NCBI GenBank assembly: GCA_002722055.1
Contig: PBKD01000014.1
Coordinates: 16,533 to 80,532, forward strand
From: Rhodospirillaceae bacterium
GTDB taxonomy: Bacteria > Pseudomonadota > Alphaproteobacteria > SHVP01
Direction: 5' to 3'
DNA: 64,000 bases
The notes beneath the pieces are model-generated. The model saw nothing but the letters and a program-made list of their open reading frames with translations, had not been told where the DNA came from and did no database searches. Positions 9,925 through 20,154 of this stretch are shown in pieces. Each line of letters opens with the position of its first letter. The first letter of the stretch is position 1. The translations under genes were made by a program, and so were the position numbers.

Positions 9925-10986
9925 TTAACCTTTTTTTGCAGATTCAACTCCCTCAGGTAAAGGAACATCTTTAAGAGCCCACAGATCTCTTGGCGCGTCC
10001 ATCTCTCCTGCTCGCCAACAAGCAACCTTTCTATCTTTAGAAATTTCTACATAAGGAGGTTTCTCAATAGTGCACTTTTCTGTTGCTATAGGGCATCTTG
10101 GGTGAAACCTACACCCTTTTGGTCTATAAATTGGTGATGGCGGATCACCTGTTAAAACTATACGCTTCCTGTCTCCCCCTGGTTCAGGAATAGGAGTTGC
10201 TGATAATAATGCAACTGTATAAGGGTGCTGAGGATTGCCAACCAATTCGTCTGATGGCCCCTCTTCGACTGCCTCACCTAAATACATAACAATTATCCTG
10301 TCGGAAATTTGATGCACTAAGGCCAGATCATGTGCAATTACAAGTAAGCCAATACTCAATCTATCTTGTAAATCTCTTAACAAATTTATTATTTGAGCTT
10401 GAATTGATACATCTAACGCTGAAACAGGTTCATCTGCTATTATCGCTTCAGGCTCTAGGGCTAGAGATCGAGCTACAGCAATCCGCTGTCTTTGTCCTCC
10501 TGAGAATTGGGAAGGAACCCTATCTGCAGCATCTTGTGGTAAACCAACCTGATCAAGAAGCTCTTCAACTCTGTTATTAATTTCTCTTCTTGATCCGTAC
10601 CGGTGCGCTTTAAGAGGTTCAGATATAACTCTTCTAATGGACCATCTTGGATCTAAGCTTGAATAAGGATCTTGGAAAACTATTTGAAGCTTTTTTCTGA
10701 TTGGCATTAAACCTTTTTGATTAAGATGTGTTATATCTTGACCCGCAAAAAGTATCTTGCCACCCTCAGGCTCATGAGCTCTCATTAAAGTTAAAGCAAC
10801 TGTAGACTTACCAGATCCAGATTCTCCAACTAAGCCAACTGTCTCTTTCGGTCGAACCCCTAAACTAATTTTGTCAACAGCATGTAGTTTTTTTCCACCT
10901 GGAACTCTGAAAGTAACTTTAAGGTCTTGAGCTTCAAGCAAATAATTAGGATCAGAAGTAGTATCATCTAGTTTTTGATGACTCAT
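9925..10986 (-). CDS. Peptide/opine-type ABC transporter ATP-binding protein (DppF/OppF-like)
   Basis: It has the Walker A GESGSGKST, the LSGGQRQR signature and a C-terminal oligopeptide-ABC extension with Cys residues. The likely ATG start is at 10986, 2 nt after the upstream stop. The longest ORF would extend to 10998. Confidence 0.85.
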   Translation of the reverse strand: MSHQKLDDTTSDPNYLLEAQDLKVTFRVPGGKKLHAVDKISLGVRPKETVGLVGESGSGKSTVALTLMRAHEPEGGKILFAGQDITHLNQKGLMPIRKKLQIVFQDPYSSLDPRWSIRRVISEPLKAHRYGSRREINNRVEELLDQVGLPQDAADRVPSQFSGGQRQRIAVARSLALEPEAIIADEPVSALDVSIQAQIINLLRDLQDRLSIGLLVIAHDLALVHQISDRIIVMYLGEAVEEGPSDELVGNPQHPYTVALLSATPIPEPGGDRKRIVLTGDPPSPIYRPKGCRFHPRCPIATEKCTIEKPPYVEISKDRKVACWRAGEMDAPRDLWALKDVPLPEGVESAKKG

Positions 10987-10987
10987 T

Positions 10988-12001
10988 TTACACCTCACCT
11001 TTAGGGAACCAACAAGCTACTTGCCTATTATCCCTTTTCTCTAATAAAGGCCTTTCGGCACAATTTTCTTTAGTAAACTTGCAACGAGATGAGAAAGCAC
11101 AACCTTGAACAATATCTTCTGCTGTAGGCGGCTGACCAGGAATAGGAACTAATTTTGGACGCCTAATATCAAACCTTGGAACAGCTGAGAGAAGTCCCAT
11201 TGTATATGGGTGTCTAGGACTAGATAAAACTTCTTCAATTGTTCCTGTTTCAACAATTCTGCCGGCATACATAACTGCAATACGATCGCAGATTTCAGCA
11301 GCTACTCCCATATCATGTGTAATTAATATCATCGTTGCATTAGCAAGTCTCTCTCTAAACAAGTCTAAAATCTGAGCTTGAATTGTTGCATCTAAAGCAG
11401 TTGTAGCTTCATCAGCAATAATAACTTCTGGATGATTGATTAAAGCTAAAGCTATCATTACTCTTTGTCTTAAACCACCTGACAATTCATGGGGAAAAGC
11501 TTCAAGCCTATCTCTTGCTGATGGAATTCCAACATCATCAAGAGCTTGAAAAGCAATTTCTAAAGCTTCAGATTTTGAAACATTTTGGTGACGAATAACT
11601 GACTCACATAATTGAGAACCAATATTTCTCACTGGATTAAGACCTGTCATTGGATCTTGAAAAACCATACCCAAATCATTTCCTCTAACTTTCCGTAATT
11701 CATTAATTGGAAGATTATCAATTCTTCGATCTCTAAGGTTGATTGATCCCTCGATTATTCTGCCTGGAACTGGGACTAAACCTAAAAGGCTTAAAGCAGT
11801 CATACTTTTTCCTGATCCTGACTCTCCAACAAGACCTAAAGTTTCCCCTTTTCTGAGTTCAAAAGAAACACCGTTAACTGCATTAAATGGAGTTTTCTTT
11901 TTAGGTCTAGGAAATTGCACAACAACATCTTTTACATTAAGGATAACTTCATTATCGAGATTACCAATATCTCGATTCTCCATTTCAGTTTGTAAAGTCA
12001 T
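10988..12001 (-). CDS. Peptide/opine-type ABC transporter ATP-binding protein (DppD/OppD-like)
   Basis: It has the Walker A GESGSGKSM, the LSGGLRQR signature and a C-terminal Cys-containing extension. There is a 4-nt overlap with the upstream permease gene. Confidence 0.85.
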   Translation of the reverse strand: MTLQTEMENRDIGNLDNEVILNVKDVVVQFPRPKKKTPFNAVNGVSFELRKGETLGLVGESGSGKSMTALSLLGLVPVPGRIIEGSINLRDRRIDNLPINELRKVRGNDLGMVFQDPMTGLNPVRNIGSQLCESVIRHQNVSKSEALEIAFQALDDVGIPSARDRLEAFPHELSGGLRQRVMIALALINHPEVIIADEATTALDATIQAQILDLFRERLANATMILITHDMGVAAEICDRIAVMYAGRIVETGTIEEVLSSPRHPYTMGLLSAVPRFDIRRPKLVPIPGQPPTAEDIVQGCAFSSRCKFTKENCAERPLLEKRDNRQVACWFPKGEV

Positions 12002-12870
12002 ACTTCAACTGCCCTTGCACGTTTTCTTGAAAGTTCTGCTATTCCATCACCAATTAAATTTAATGAAATAACCGACCAGACTATTGTTATAGCTGGAACA
12101 AGCATCATCCAAGGTGCAATTACTAAATACTGTCTACTATCAGAAAGCATATTTCCCCATGAGGGTGCATTTAGAGGAGCCCCTAAACCTAGAAAGGAAA
12201 GTGCACTCTCAATGATAAGTAATACTGCAAAAAAGAAAGCAGCCATTACAAGAATGGTTGGCCTTAGACCTGGAAGGATATGAAAAATTAATATGGACCA
12301 TTTAGAAACACCAAATAACCTTGCAGCTAAGACGTACTCCCTTGTGAGCAACCCTCTAGCTTCAGCATAGATAACACGAGAAACTGCTGTCCAAGCTATA
12401 AACCCCATTGTTAAAGACAAAGTCCAGAAACCCCTCTCAAATAAAGCCGTTACGACTAAAGCCAAAACTAAAAAAGGCATAGCAATCATTGCTGATACAC
12501 CCAAAAGAACAGTTGTTCGAATCCAATTCTCATACCACGCTCCTATTAGACCGATAGTCGTTCCTATAACAGCAACACAAATAACAGCAACACCGCTTAT
12601 TCCTAGAGACCAAGGAAGACCACCCATGACTCTAAAAAATAAATCTCTCCCTAATTGATCAGTTCCAAAGACATGATAACCTCCCTGCGGACCATCATAA
12701 CCAGGAGGTTTTAGTCTCTCTCTCAAATTTCCATCAAGGAAATCTTCTCCTAAAAAAATTAGTTGAACTAATAACGCAATAACAATCACAAAAAACATGA
12801 CTAATCCAAGATCCAATTGCAGGGAACCGGTGCTAGGAATTTTAATTTTTGAAGAAGTATTTGTTGTCAC
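11998..12870 (-). CDS. ABC transporter permease (DppC-like)
   Basis: It is polytopic and carries the EAA-like loop (YVLAARLFGVS). There is a 4-nt overlap with neighbours on both sides. Confidence 0.8.
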   Translation of the reverse strand: MTTNTSSKIKIPSTGSLQLDLGLVMFFVIVIALLVQLIFLGEDFLDGNLRERLKPPGYDGPQGGYHVFGTDQLGRDLFFRVMGGLPWSLGISGVAVICVAVIGTTIGLIGAWYENWIRTTVLLGVSAMIAMPFLVLALVVTALFERGFWTLSLTMGFIAWTAVSRVIYAEARGLLTREYVLAARLFGVSKWSILIFHILPGLRPTILVMAAFFFAVLLIIESALSFLGLGAPLNAPSWGNMLSDSRQYLVIAPWMMLVPAITIVWSVISLNLIGDGIAELSRKRARAVEV

Positions 12871-13907
12871 GCTCTTTGCCTCCTCAATCTAGGGTCAATG
12901 AAAATAAAAGCAAGATCAGTAGCGGTTATTGATAAGTAAACAAATACAGAGATAACAAAAACAGCTGCTTGCACAACTGGAAAATCTAAAGTTGTGACTG
13001 AGGTAACTAACAATCTTCCTAAACCAGGCCATGCAAAAATAACTTCTGTAATTATTGATCCACCTATAAGAAAGGAAACTTGGGCCCCAATTAAAGCTGT
13101 TGCTCCTAACATTGCATTTTTCAAAGCATGTTTCCAAAGCAAAGTATTAAATCCAGCTCCATTTGCTCGAGCAGTTCTAATATAATCTTCTCGCATTGCT
13201 TCGGAAACGTTTGCAGAAATAACCCTAATAACTTGTGGAGCTTGGAACGAGGCAAGAGTTATAGCAGGCATTATCCAGCTCTCAGGCCCCTGATTTCCTA
13301 TAGATGGAAGCCAGCGTAATTCAACTGAAAAAACTTGAATTAAAATTAGCCCAGTTATATACCCTGGAATTCCTTGTAAAATAAAAACTCCAGTAGAGCC
13401 AAGTTTTCGTCCTGTTCTATCTGGTCTACTTCCTAACCACGCACCTAAAGGAATTGAAATAATCAAATTAGCTGTGAAAGCAATAAGAACAAGAGTAAAA
13501 CTTGTAGGAAGTCTCTCTAATACCAAACCCAATGCATCTTGAGCATTAGCAAGGGATGTACCAAAATCAAAGACAACCATTTTCATCAGAAAAACCCCAT
13601 ATTGTATATATAGTGGTTTATCAAAACCATACTGTTTTCTGATTAATTCAAGTTGCTCTTGATCTCCTGTTTCTCCAGCTAATATAGCCGCAGGATCTCC
13701 TGTTAACCTTAGTAGAAAAAATAACAAGGTAGATACAAAAAGAAGTAAAAAGATAAGCTCAGCAAACCTTCTTAAAATTGTTCTAACTGTTTGTTGCGCA
13801 ACAGGTATAGTTTCCACATCACCAGCAGACGTGCTGTTTTGACTCAGGTCTTCTTGAACTTCTTCATTATCATTTATTTGGTTATTTTTTTCTATTTTAT
13901 CAGTCAC
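12867..13907 (-). CDS. ABC transporter permease (DppB-like) with a ~45-aa hydrophilic N-terminal extension
   Basis: The core motifs are DppB-type (RR..EL.....F.....L.GDP ... REDYIRTARANG). The start codon is uncertain because a GTG further downstream would remove the extension. Confidence 0.75.
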   Translation of the reverse strand: MTDKIEKNNQINDNEEVQEDLSQNSTSAGDVETIPVAQQTVRTILRRFAELIFLLLFVSTLLFFLLRLTGDPAAILAGETGDQEQLELIRKQYGFDKPLYIQYGVFLMKMVVFDFGTSLANAQDALGLVLERLPTSFTLVLIAFTANLIISIPLGAWLGSRPDRTGRKLGSTGVFILQGIPGYITGLILIQVFSVELRWLPSIGNQGPESWIMPAITLASFQAPQVIRVISANVSEAMREDYIRTARANGAGFNTLLWKHALKNAMLGATALIGAQVSFLIGGSIITEVIFAWPGLGRLLVTSVTTLDFPVVQAAVFVISVFVYLSITATDLAFIFIDPRLRRQRA

Positions 13908-14068
13908 AGCACCCTCCCCAATGCTAAGCTGAAATACATTAAATTTTTTATTTTCAAACTTAAAATTTTGGCTGATTATATAATGTAGATAGACAATTTA
14001 CATAATAAAAAGTTACACAAAAACTTGAAAATTTATAAAATTTATAAAATTACTGTAATATATTGCAA

Positions 14069-14989
14069 TTATCTTTCAATAAACTCAATTAATTCTCCTG
14101 CAGCTCCCTTGACAGTTATACTTTTGGCTCCATTGTAAGGGGGAAAATTAATCATTACCGGCTCACTAATAGACATTGGAATAAGTGAATTAATAGAGTC
14201 AATAAATATACTCATTAGAGCATTGCCTTGGGGAAGGAGCCCTTCTTGGTAGTTTCGTTTTTTTGCTATTTTAGGATACTCATCTACCTCTATCAAACTC
14301 TGACCATTAAGAGGTATAACAGTTAAACCATACTGCCCTGTTCCCATTTGAAAACCAAACGAACGATCAAGAACACTGATATTTGTTTTTGATACCTCAC
14401 GTTTTTGTATCCCAAAATTTTTCATATACCAGTTTTGAACTTTTTCGGGATTATCAGTTGCAAGAACCGCTATAAACATATTATCAATATCTGATTCTGC
14501 GTCTGGTAAATCATACTTTGATAATTTTTCTTTGAACATAGTAAGATAAAAAATTTCTTTTCCTAAGCCCTCAATTTGCATAGCTCTTATTTGTTTTGTC
14601 ATTTTCAAGTCTGCTGGCTTACCAATGATTTTAAATGGGGAATTTGATAATTTCTTAAATAATTCATCTGTATCTCTTACAACTAACTCTGCAGCATTCC
14701 AACCATAAGTTGTAAGAGGTTTATAGTCACCATTAATAGGGTACTCAATTATCCTTAATTGAAAATTTTTTCCACTTGATGGTTCTAGACAGGAAAATTT
14801 TGAACCTATAAGTTTCTCTGCACCCCAAGAATTTGCCAATTCTTCAGAAATTATACCTTGGAAAGTTAATGTATAATCCAACCAATCTTGATAGCTTTTT
14901 TCTACTATGTCTTTTTTTGATGTGACAATAGTTGATGCAACCCAGGGACCGATGACGGGATACTTATTTTCTGTATATTTTTTTTCCAT
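14069..14989 (-). CDS. Hypothetical cytoplasmic protein (306 aa), possibly a two-domain VOC/glyoxalase-like fold
   Basis: The ORF is long and clean in a dense region. It has no signal peptide and no motif I can recognise. It sits divergent to the puuE-like gene across an 87-bp spacer. Confidence 0.45.
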   Translation of the reverse strand: MEKKYTENKYPVIGPWVASTIVTSKKDIVEKSYQDWLDYTLTFQGIISEELANSWGAEKLIGSKFSCLEPSSGKNFQLRIIEYPINGDYKPLTTYGWNAAELVVRDTDELFKKLSNSPFKIIGKPADLKMTKQIRAMQIEGLGKEIFYLTMFKEKLSKYDLPDAESDIDNMFIAVLATDNPEKVQNWYMKNFGIQKREVSKTNISVLDRSFGFQMGTGQYGLTVIPLNGQSLIEVDEYPKIAKKRNYQEGLLPQGNALMSIFIDSINSLIPMSISEPVMINFPPYNGAKSITVKGAAGELIEFIER

Positions 14990-15076
14990 TTATATTTTTT
15001 TTAAATTAAACTTTAAGAATAACTATTTATCCTATAGTCTAATATAAACTTAAAAATTTAAGCGGAGCAATAGATA

Positions 15077-15976
15077 ATGAAATATGACTATATCCCAATT
15101 ATCGAGAGAAAACCTTTAAAGTGGCCTAACAATGCCAGGGTTGCTCTAATTTTAACAATCAACCTTGAGCACTGGGATATGATTAAAGATACAAAAGAAC
15201 CTTATTATGCTGGTGGACCTCCTGTACTTCCAGATATGCTGCCAGGTAATGTAGTGGATTGGCCAAATTATTCTTGGAGAGAATACGGTCAAAGAGTAGG
15301 TGTTTGGAGAATTTTTGATGTATTTGATAAACTTGGCGCTCAAGCAAGTTGTACTATTAATGCTGTAACAGCTTTAGAAAGACCTCAAATGGTTCAATAT
15401 GCTGTAAACAAAGGTTGGGAAATTGTTGCTCATAACTACGAACAAGGGGAATTATTAGTCAATTATATGTTTGATGAATCAAAAGAAAAAGAGGTTATTA
15501 AAAAAACTTTAGATGTATATGAAAAAGTTGTAGGTAAAAAAGCAAAGGGTTGGCTTTCTTCAAGTCTTAGAGGAACCCTAAAAACAGCTGATATCATTGC
15601 AGAAGAAGGTCTTATCTTTTATTGCGATTTGATGAATGATGATCAACCTTATCTTATTGAAACATCAACTAAACCAATAGTCTCCACTCCGTATTCAAAT
15701 GAAATTAATGACTTTACTCATTTTCATAGAAGAGGATTTACTACTGATGAAGTTTTAAATCTTTATAAAGAACAATTAGATGTTCTTTGGGAAGAAGGAG
15801 CAAGCACTGGAAAAATAATGAATGTAGGCCTTCACCCACATGTTAGCGGATTACCCTACAGAATTAGAGCATTAAAAGAATTTATTGAATATGCTCAATC
15901 TAAACCTGATGTATGGATAACTAATAGAGAAGAAATTGCTACATGGTATTTAGAAAACCATAAAAGTCATATTTAG
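15077..15976 (+). CDS. Polysaccharide-deacetylase-family hydrolase, PuuE-allantoinase-like
   Basis: It aligns well to PuuE-type allantoinases (WP..ARVAL...NLE..., REYG.RVGVWRI...F.K, GWEI..H.Y......YM.E..E). Confidence 0.6.
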   Translation: MKYDYIPIIERKPLKWPNNARVALILTINLEHWDMIKDTKEPYYAGGPPVLPDMLPGNVVDWPNYSWREYGQRVGVWRIFDVFDKLGAQASCTINAVTALERPQMVQYAVNKGWEIVAHNYEQGELLVNYMFDESKEKEVIKKTLDVYEKVVGKKAKGWLSSSLRGTLKTADIIAEEGLIFYCDLMNDDQPYLIETSTKPIVSTPYSNEINDFTHFHRRGFTTDEVLNLYKEQLDVLWEEGASTGKIMNVGLHPHVSGLPYRIRALKEFIEYAQSKPDVWITNREEIATWYLENHKSHI

Positions 15977-16042
15977 TATTTAAGGTATTATTCTTAAAAA
16001 TTAAATCTTTATGTTTTCCCACAGAAAAAACAACTTTTAAAT

Positions 16043-16471
16043 TTATTTTGCAATCCATGGCTTGAGGGCTATAAATTGATTAATTAAAGAAAGATAATCT
16101 TCTCTACTCACAACTTTGGAAACATCCTCAATAAGGGCCCAATGGCGTTCTCTTTTTTGTTTTTCTGGCCACTCATCTAATTGCTTATGGACAATAAATG
16201 GATAATAAGTTACTGGGGACTTTTCAATTCTACCTTTAATAGACTTTGTTATAAGAGTCGTGATTGGAAAATCAGTTAGTACCTCTCCCTTAACACCTGC
16301 TTCCTCAAAAGCTTCTCTTTTACACCCATCCTCATGATTCTCATCTGATTTAAGTTTACCTTTTGGGAGAATCCACCTACCTCTTGTTTGAGACGTTACA
16401 AAAAGAATTGCAGTTTGTGAGCCTTTTGTCCTAAAAGGTATTACACCAATTTTATGTTTTATATCAATCAT
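16043..16471 (-). CDS. NUDIX hydrolase
   Basis: The Nudix box GKLKSDENHEDGCKREAFEEAGVKG (Gx5Ex7REUxEExGU) is present. Confidence 0.8.
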   Translation of the reverse strand: MIDIKHKIGVIPFRTKGSQTAILFVTSQTRGRWILPKGKLKSDENHEDGCKREAFEEAGVKGEVLTDFPITTLITKSIKGRIEKSPVTYYPFIVHKQLDEWPEKQKRERHWALIEDVSKVVSREDYLSLINQFIALKPWIAK

Positions 16472-16501
16472 AACTATTTTAATTAAATTAGATTATAAAT
16501 C

Positions 16502-18025
16502 TCATGCCATATTTAAAATTTTAACTAGAACAAAATATATTGAACCACTTAAACATGCAGCCGCAGGAACTGTTCCAATCCAACCTGCGACAATAGAATA
16601 AAGAAATCTTCTTCTGACTAATCTTCTTTTGTGACGAATACCAACCTTAAAAAAGGCATCTTCTGCAGTTTTATTTAATTTATGCCCAGGTCTTAATTTC
16701 TTTTTATTTGGATTTTCAAGATACTCCCGCAAAAAACCAATACCAAAAATTGAACCTATCGCAATATGTGTTGAGCTGACTGGTAATCCTAAACTAGTTG
16801 CAATTAAAACAGTAATAGCTGACGAAAGAGCAACACAATAAGCCCTTGGCGCATTTAGCCTTGTTACCTTTTGACCCACAGTTTTAATTAACTTGGGCCC
16901 AAAAAGAAGCAAGCCAAGGGCAATGCCAAGAGCACCAATAAGTATTACCCAAAAAGGTATTGTAACTTTGGATGCTATTTCTGAATTTTCTCCCAAGGAA
17001 GCAACAATTGCAGCCAGTGGCCCAACAGCGTTTGCAACATCATTAGCACCATGAGCAAAGCATAATAAGCTAACACCAATGATTAAAGGAATATTAAAAA
17101 AATTATAAATATCTTTTTTATTATTCTCTAAGTGTAAAGATTGATTATTTACAATAGGCTTTGAAAAAAACCAAAAAATTGGTAAAGCTAAAAAAGAATA
17201 AAAAATTATTTCTGTTGAAGAGGGTTTCCATATTTTTTTTAGACCTTTCATAGACATATAAGCTACGAATGCAGCTCCCATCAGCGCATACAAAATAGGC
17301 AGCCATCTTTTAGCTGCTGAAATTTTATCATGGACATTTAAAATTTTTAATTTAATTATAAGCAAAATAGAAGCAGCTATCACGCCACCTAAAACAGGAG
17401 AAATGACCCAACTAGATGCAATCTTCAACATCGTATTCCAATCTACTACATTGAAACCTGCAGCGACCAATCCTGCTCCTAAAATACCTCCAACGATTGA
17501 ATGTGTTGTCGAAACTGGAGCGTTAAAAAAAGTTGCAAGATTTATCCAAAGTGCAGCAGCGAGTAAGGCGCTTAACATCACATACCTTAGCTCACTGAGA
17601 GTTATGAATCCTTTAGGAGTTATTATCCCTTTTGCAACAGTTTTTACAACATCACCTCCAGCCAATAAAGCGCCTAGACTCTCGCAAACTGCGGCAATAA
17701 TAACCGCAGCTGTAATAGTTAAGACTTTTCCTCCAACTGCTGGACCCATATTATTAGCTACATCATTTGCCCCAATATTGAGGGCCATGTAACCACCTAT
17801 CATTGCCGCACTAATTAAAATTAAAGTTTGTTGATTCTCTAAAGCAAAATAGTTTCCAATAACTATACCAATCAAAGCCAGAAAAACAGCAGCAATTCCC
17901 AAATATAACCATTGGGAGCGTTGGGTTAAAACTTGTCCTTGGGAGAATGCAAACCTTCTAAGGTCATTCACATACCTATTAACTAAATCTTTTTGTTCTA
18001 TTCTATTCGGATCTTCGCCTTGCAT
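16502..18025 (-). CDS. pit: Inorganic phosphate transporter, PiT family
   Basis: It is 507 aa. It has the duplicated GANDVAN signature (GANDVANNMGPAVGG and GANDVANAVGPLA) and 10+ TM segments. Confidence 0.88.
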   Translation of the reverse strand: MQGEDPNRIEQKDLVNRYVNDLRRFAFSQGQVLTQRSQWLYLGIAAVFLALIGIVIGNYFALENQQTLILISAAMIGGYMALNIGANDVANNMGPAVGGKVLTITAAVIIAAVCESLGALLAGGDVVKTVAKGIITPKGFITLSELRYVMLSALLAAALWINLATFFNAPVSTTHSIVGGILGAGLVAAGFNVVDWNTMLKIASSWVISPVLGGVIAASILLIIKLKILNVHDKISAAKRWLPILYALMGAAFVAYMSMKGLKKIWKPSSTEIIFYSFLALPIFWFFSKPIVNNQSLHLENNKKDIYNFFNIPLIIGVSLLCFAHGANDVANAVGPLAAIVASLGENSEIASKVTIPFWVILIGALGIALGLLLFGPKLIKTVGQKVTRLNAPRAYCVALSSAITVLIATSLGLPVSSTHIAIGSIFGIGFLREYLENPNKKKLRPGHKLNKTAEDAFFKVGIRHKRRLVRRRFLYSIVAGWIGTVPAAACLSGSIYFVLVKILNMA

Positions 18026-18125
18026 GCGGAAAATACCTTAAAAAAATTTAATCTATTATCGCGCTTGATATAACATTACCTTTTACATGTCAACATCAAA
18101 AAATAAATTTTTTTCTAAATATTTT

Positions 18126-18308
18126 TTAATTTTTTTCTTCATTAAAATAATCATTACCTATTAATTCTCTAGCTGGAAAGTTTGCAGCCAAGACATTCCT
18201 ATTTTGATCAACAATGATTATGGGATCTGGAAAACTATCAAGAATTGAAGTTTCTATTTGTCCTAATTTATATTTATTTGAACTCATTTGACCGTTATTT
18301 TCGATCAT
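18126..18308 (-). CDS. 60-aa ORF resembling the N-terminal half of a PAS domain
   Basis: The stretch ILDSFPDPIIIVDQNRNVLAANFPARELIG matches the start of a PAS fold. It is too short for a full PAS domain. It may be a mini-protein or a gene remnant. Confidence 0.3.
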   Translation of the reverse strand: MIENNGQMSSNKYKLGQIETSILDSFPDPIIIVDQNRNVLAANFPARELIGNDYFNEEKN

Positions 18309-18405
18309 TCTTCTATTCCAATACCAAAAAAATTTTTTTCAAATATAATTATATTAAAAAAATGATTTAAATGTTATTAGTATTAACTTTAAGGGTGAAT
18401 TAATT

Positions 18406-19404
18406 GTGAATAGAGTAGCTAAATATTATGAATTTGGAGAACCTCTCAAAGTAGTAAAGATTGAAGAGGAGAAAACACCTACACCAGAAAGTAATCAAGT
18501 TTTATTAGGTATGGAAGCAGCATGCCTTCATTTGGCTGATGTATACAAAGTTACCGGTGTTAGAGATTTTTCATCTCCTCCCCCTGGCATTCCTGGAGCA
18601 GAAGGAGTTGGGAAAGTTATCGCTATTGGAGATAAAATTAATAATATAAATATTGGCGACAGATTTCTTGCGCCTCTTTCTTCAGGCACTTGTCGAGACG
18701 AACTGATTGTAGATGCAGATAAGTTAATTCCGGCACCACCTAATGGTGATACTTTTCAATTAGCTATGGCAACTGTAAATCCTGTTACAAGCTGGCTACT
18801 TTTTTATGCATTTATAAAACATAAACCGGGTAGTTGGATTCTGCAAAATGGCGGTAATTCTGCTTGCGGCAGATATGTAATACAAATTGCAAAAACAGAA
18901 GGTATAAAAACCGTAAGTGCTGTTAGAAGGTTGGAAGTTAGAGATGAACTAGAGAGAATTGGTGCTGATGCTGTCGTAAAAGATAGTGAAGAGTTACCCA
19001 ATTTTGTATCAGATGTTACTAATGATGCAGATATTAAATTAGGGTTAGATGTTGCTGCAGGTGATGGAACAGGATGGATAGCTAGTTCTTTAGGAGAATT
19101 AGGATTAATTGTAAATTATGGATTAATGTCTGGGAAAGACCTAACTATACCCAAAGAAACATCTTTGGGAAAAGGAATAAGGTTTCAAGGGTTTATGATG
19201 TCTCGAACGTTTAACACCCTCTATACAAAAGAACAAGAAATCGAAATTAGAAAAAAAGTTTCTAACTTAGTTGGATCAGGAGAATTAACAGCAAAGGTTG
19301 CAGATGTCTATTCCCTTGATAATATTGCTGAAGCTCTTGATCATGCCAATAGAAGAGGCTCAGATAGAGATGGCAAAATATTAGTGAAGATGGGCTATTA
19401 CTGA
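18406..19404 (+). CDS. MDR-superfamily Zn-independent quinone oxidoreductase / enoyl reductase-like
   Basis: It has the MDR fold layout with a Rossmann GxGxxG-like NGGNSACG. It lacks the structural-Zn Cys cluster. The start codon is GTG. Confidence 0.7.
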   Translation: MNRVAKYYEFGEPLKVVKIEEEKTPTPESNQVLLGMEAACLHLADVYKVTGVRDFSSPPPGIPGAEGVGKVIAIGDKINNINIGDRFLAPLSSGTCRDELIVDADKLIPAPPNGDTFQLAMATVNPVTSWLLFYAFIKHKPGSWILQNGGNSACGRYVIQIAKTEGIKTVSAVRRLEVRDELERIGADAVVKDSEELPNFVSDVTNDADIKLGLDVAAGDGTGWIASSLGELGLIVNYGLMSGKDLTIPKETSLGKGIRFQGFMMSRTFNTLYTKEQEIEIRKKVSNLVGSGELTAKVADVYSLDNIAEALDHANRRGSDRDGKILVKMGYY

Positions 19405-19423
19405 TATACAATGTTCTCAGATA

Positions 19424-20044
19424 TTATTTTACTGAGCTATTTATGCCTTCTTCATTAACTTTAAAAATTATATCAAATCTTTTCTGAAGGTCTCGCTTAC
19501 ACAAATCTCCGCCTTCAGCTTCATCTCCAACAATGTTTTTTAAGTCACTGATTGTTTCATTCGTTAGAATAACAATAACATTTGTATCTTTAGCTATAGC
19601 AAAAGGAAATTCATGCCACGTTCCAATATTTAAAACTAATCCACAACTACCATCAAAATAAAATGCCTCAACCTCGTCTAAAACTGGATGATCTGGCGCA
19701 TTTGAATTCCATGACCCATCAGACTCTCTACAAGTTGGAGCACCTAAAACTGCAACAAATGGTTTGCCCTCCATAGGAATAAAAGTTTGAGTATGCTTGT
19801 TATGGTATTCCATCCACCTTACTTCCATTGGTCTCGGGTTAAGTGTAGCTAGTGTAAGGTTAGTATCATTATTAGATAAAAAAGGAATAGGAGTAGTGAC
19901 CACTGCTTCCCCATAATATGGAGTATTTCCATTATCTAATTTCAAAGGTGACTGAATTAAATGTCCATATTTTGCAAGATTTTTAGGAGTTGCAGTCTTT
20001 AATTCTAATAACTTTTCCTGCTTTTGTAACTCTGAATTAGGCAT
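19424..20044 (-). CDS. Ureidoglycolate lyase (AllA)-like cupin protein
   Basis: The C-terminal half aligns to AllA (TQTFIPMEGKPFVAVLG vs TQAFIPMKGEVFVVVVA; WHEFPFA vs WHHPLFA). Confidence 0.55.
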   Translation of the reverse strand: MPNSELQKQEKLLELKTATPKNLAKYGHLIQSPLKLDNGNTPYYGEAVVTTPIPFLSNNDTNLTLATLNPRPMEVRWMEYHNKHTQTFIPMEGKPFVAVLGAPTCRESDGSWNSNAPDHPVLDEVEAFYFDGSCGLVLNIGTWHEFPFAIAKDTNVIVILTNETISDLKNIVGDEAEGGDLCKRDLQKRFDIIFKVNEEGINSSVK

Positions 20045-20154
20045 AATGATCTCCCATAATTAATTTATTTTAGTTGTATATATTTTATAACTAATTTACT
20101 GTTTTTATAATAACTATTTTGCTTTGAACTAAAATTTTTATAAAAGGACTGAAA

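Noticed and set aside
10332-10580. 82-aa plus-strand ORF inside the DppF-like gene
   Set aside because: It is antisense to the conserved ABC ATPase signature region and is a shadow ORF.
9925-10998. MRCKM N-terminal extension of the DppF-like ORF (start at 10998)
   Set aside because: An ATG at 10986 gives a 2-nt gap after the upstream stop and a typical DppF N-terminus. The longer form would overlap the upstream gene by 11 nt with no benefit, so the shorter start is reported.
12916-13319. Cluster of 63-73-aa ORFs on both strands inside the DppB-like permease
   Set aside because: They overlap the conserved permease CDS and have no independent support.
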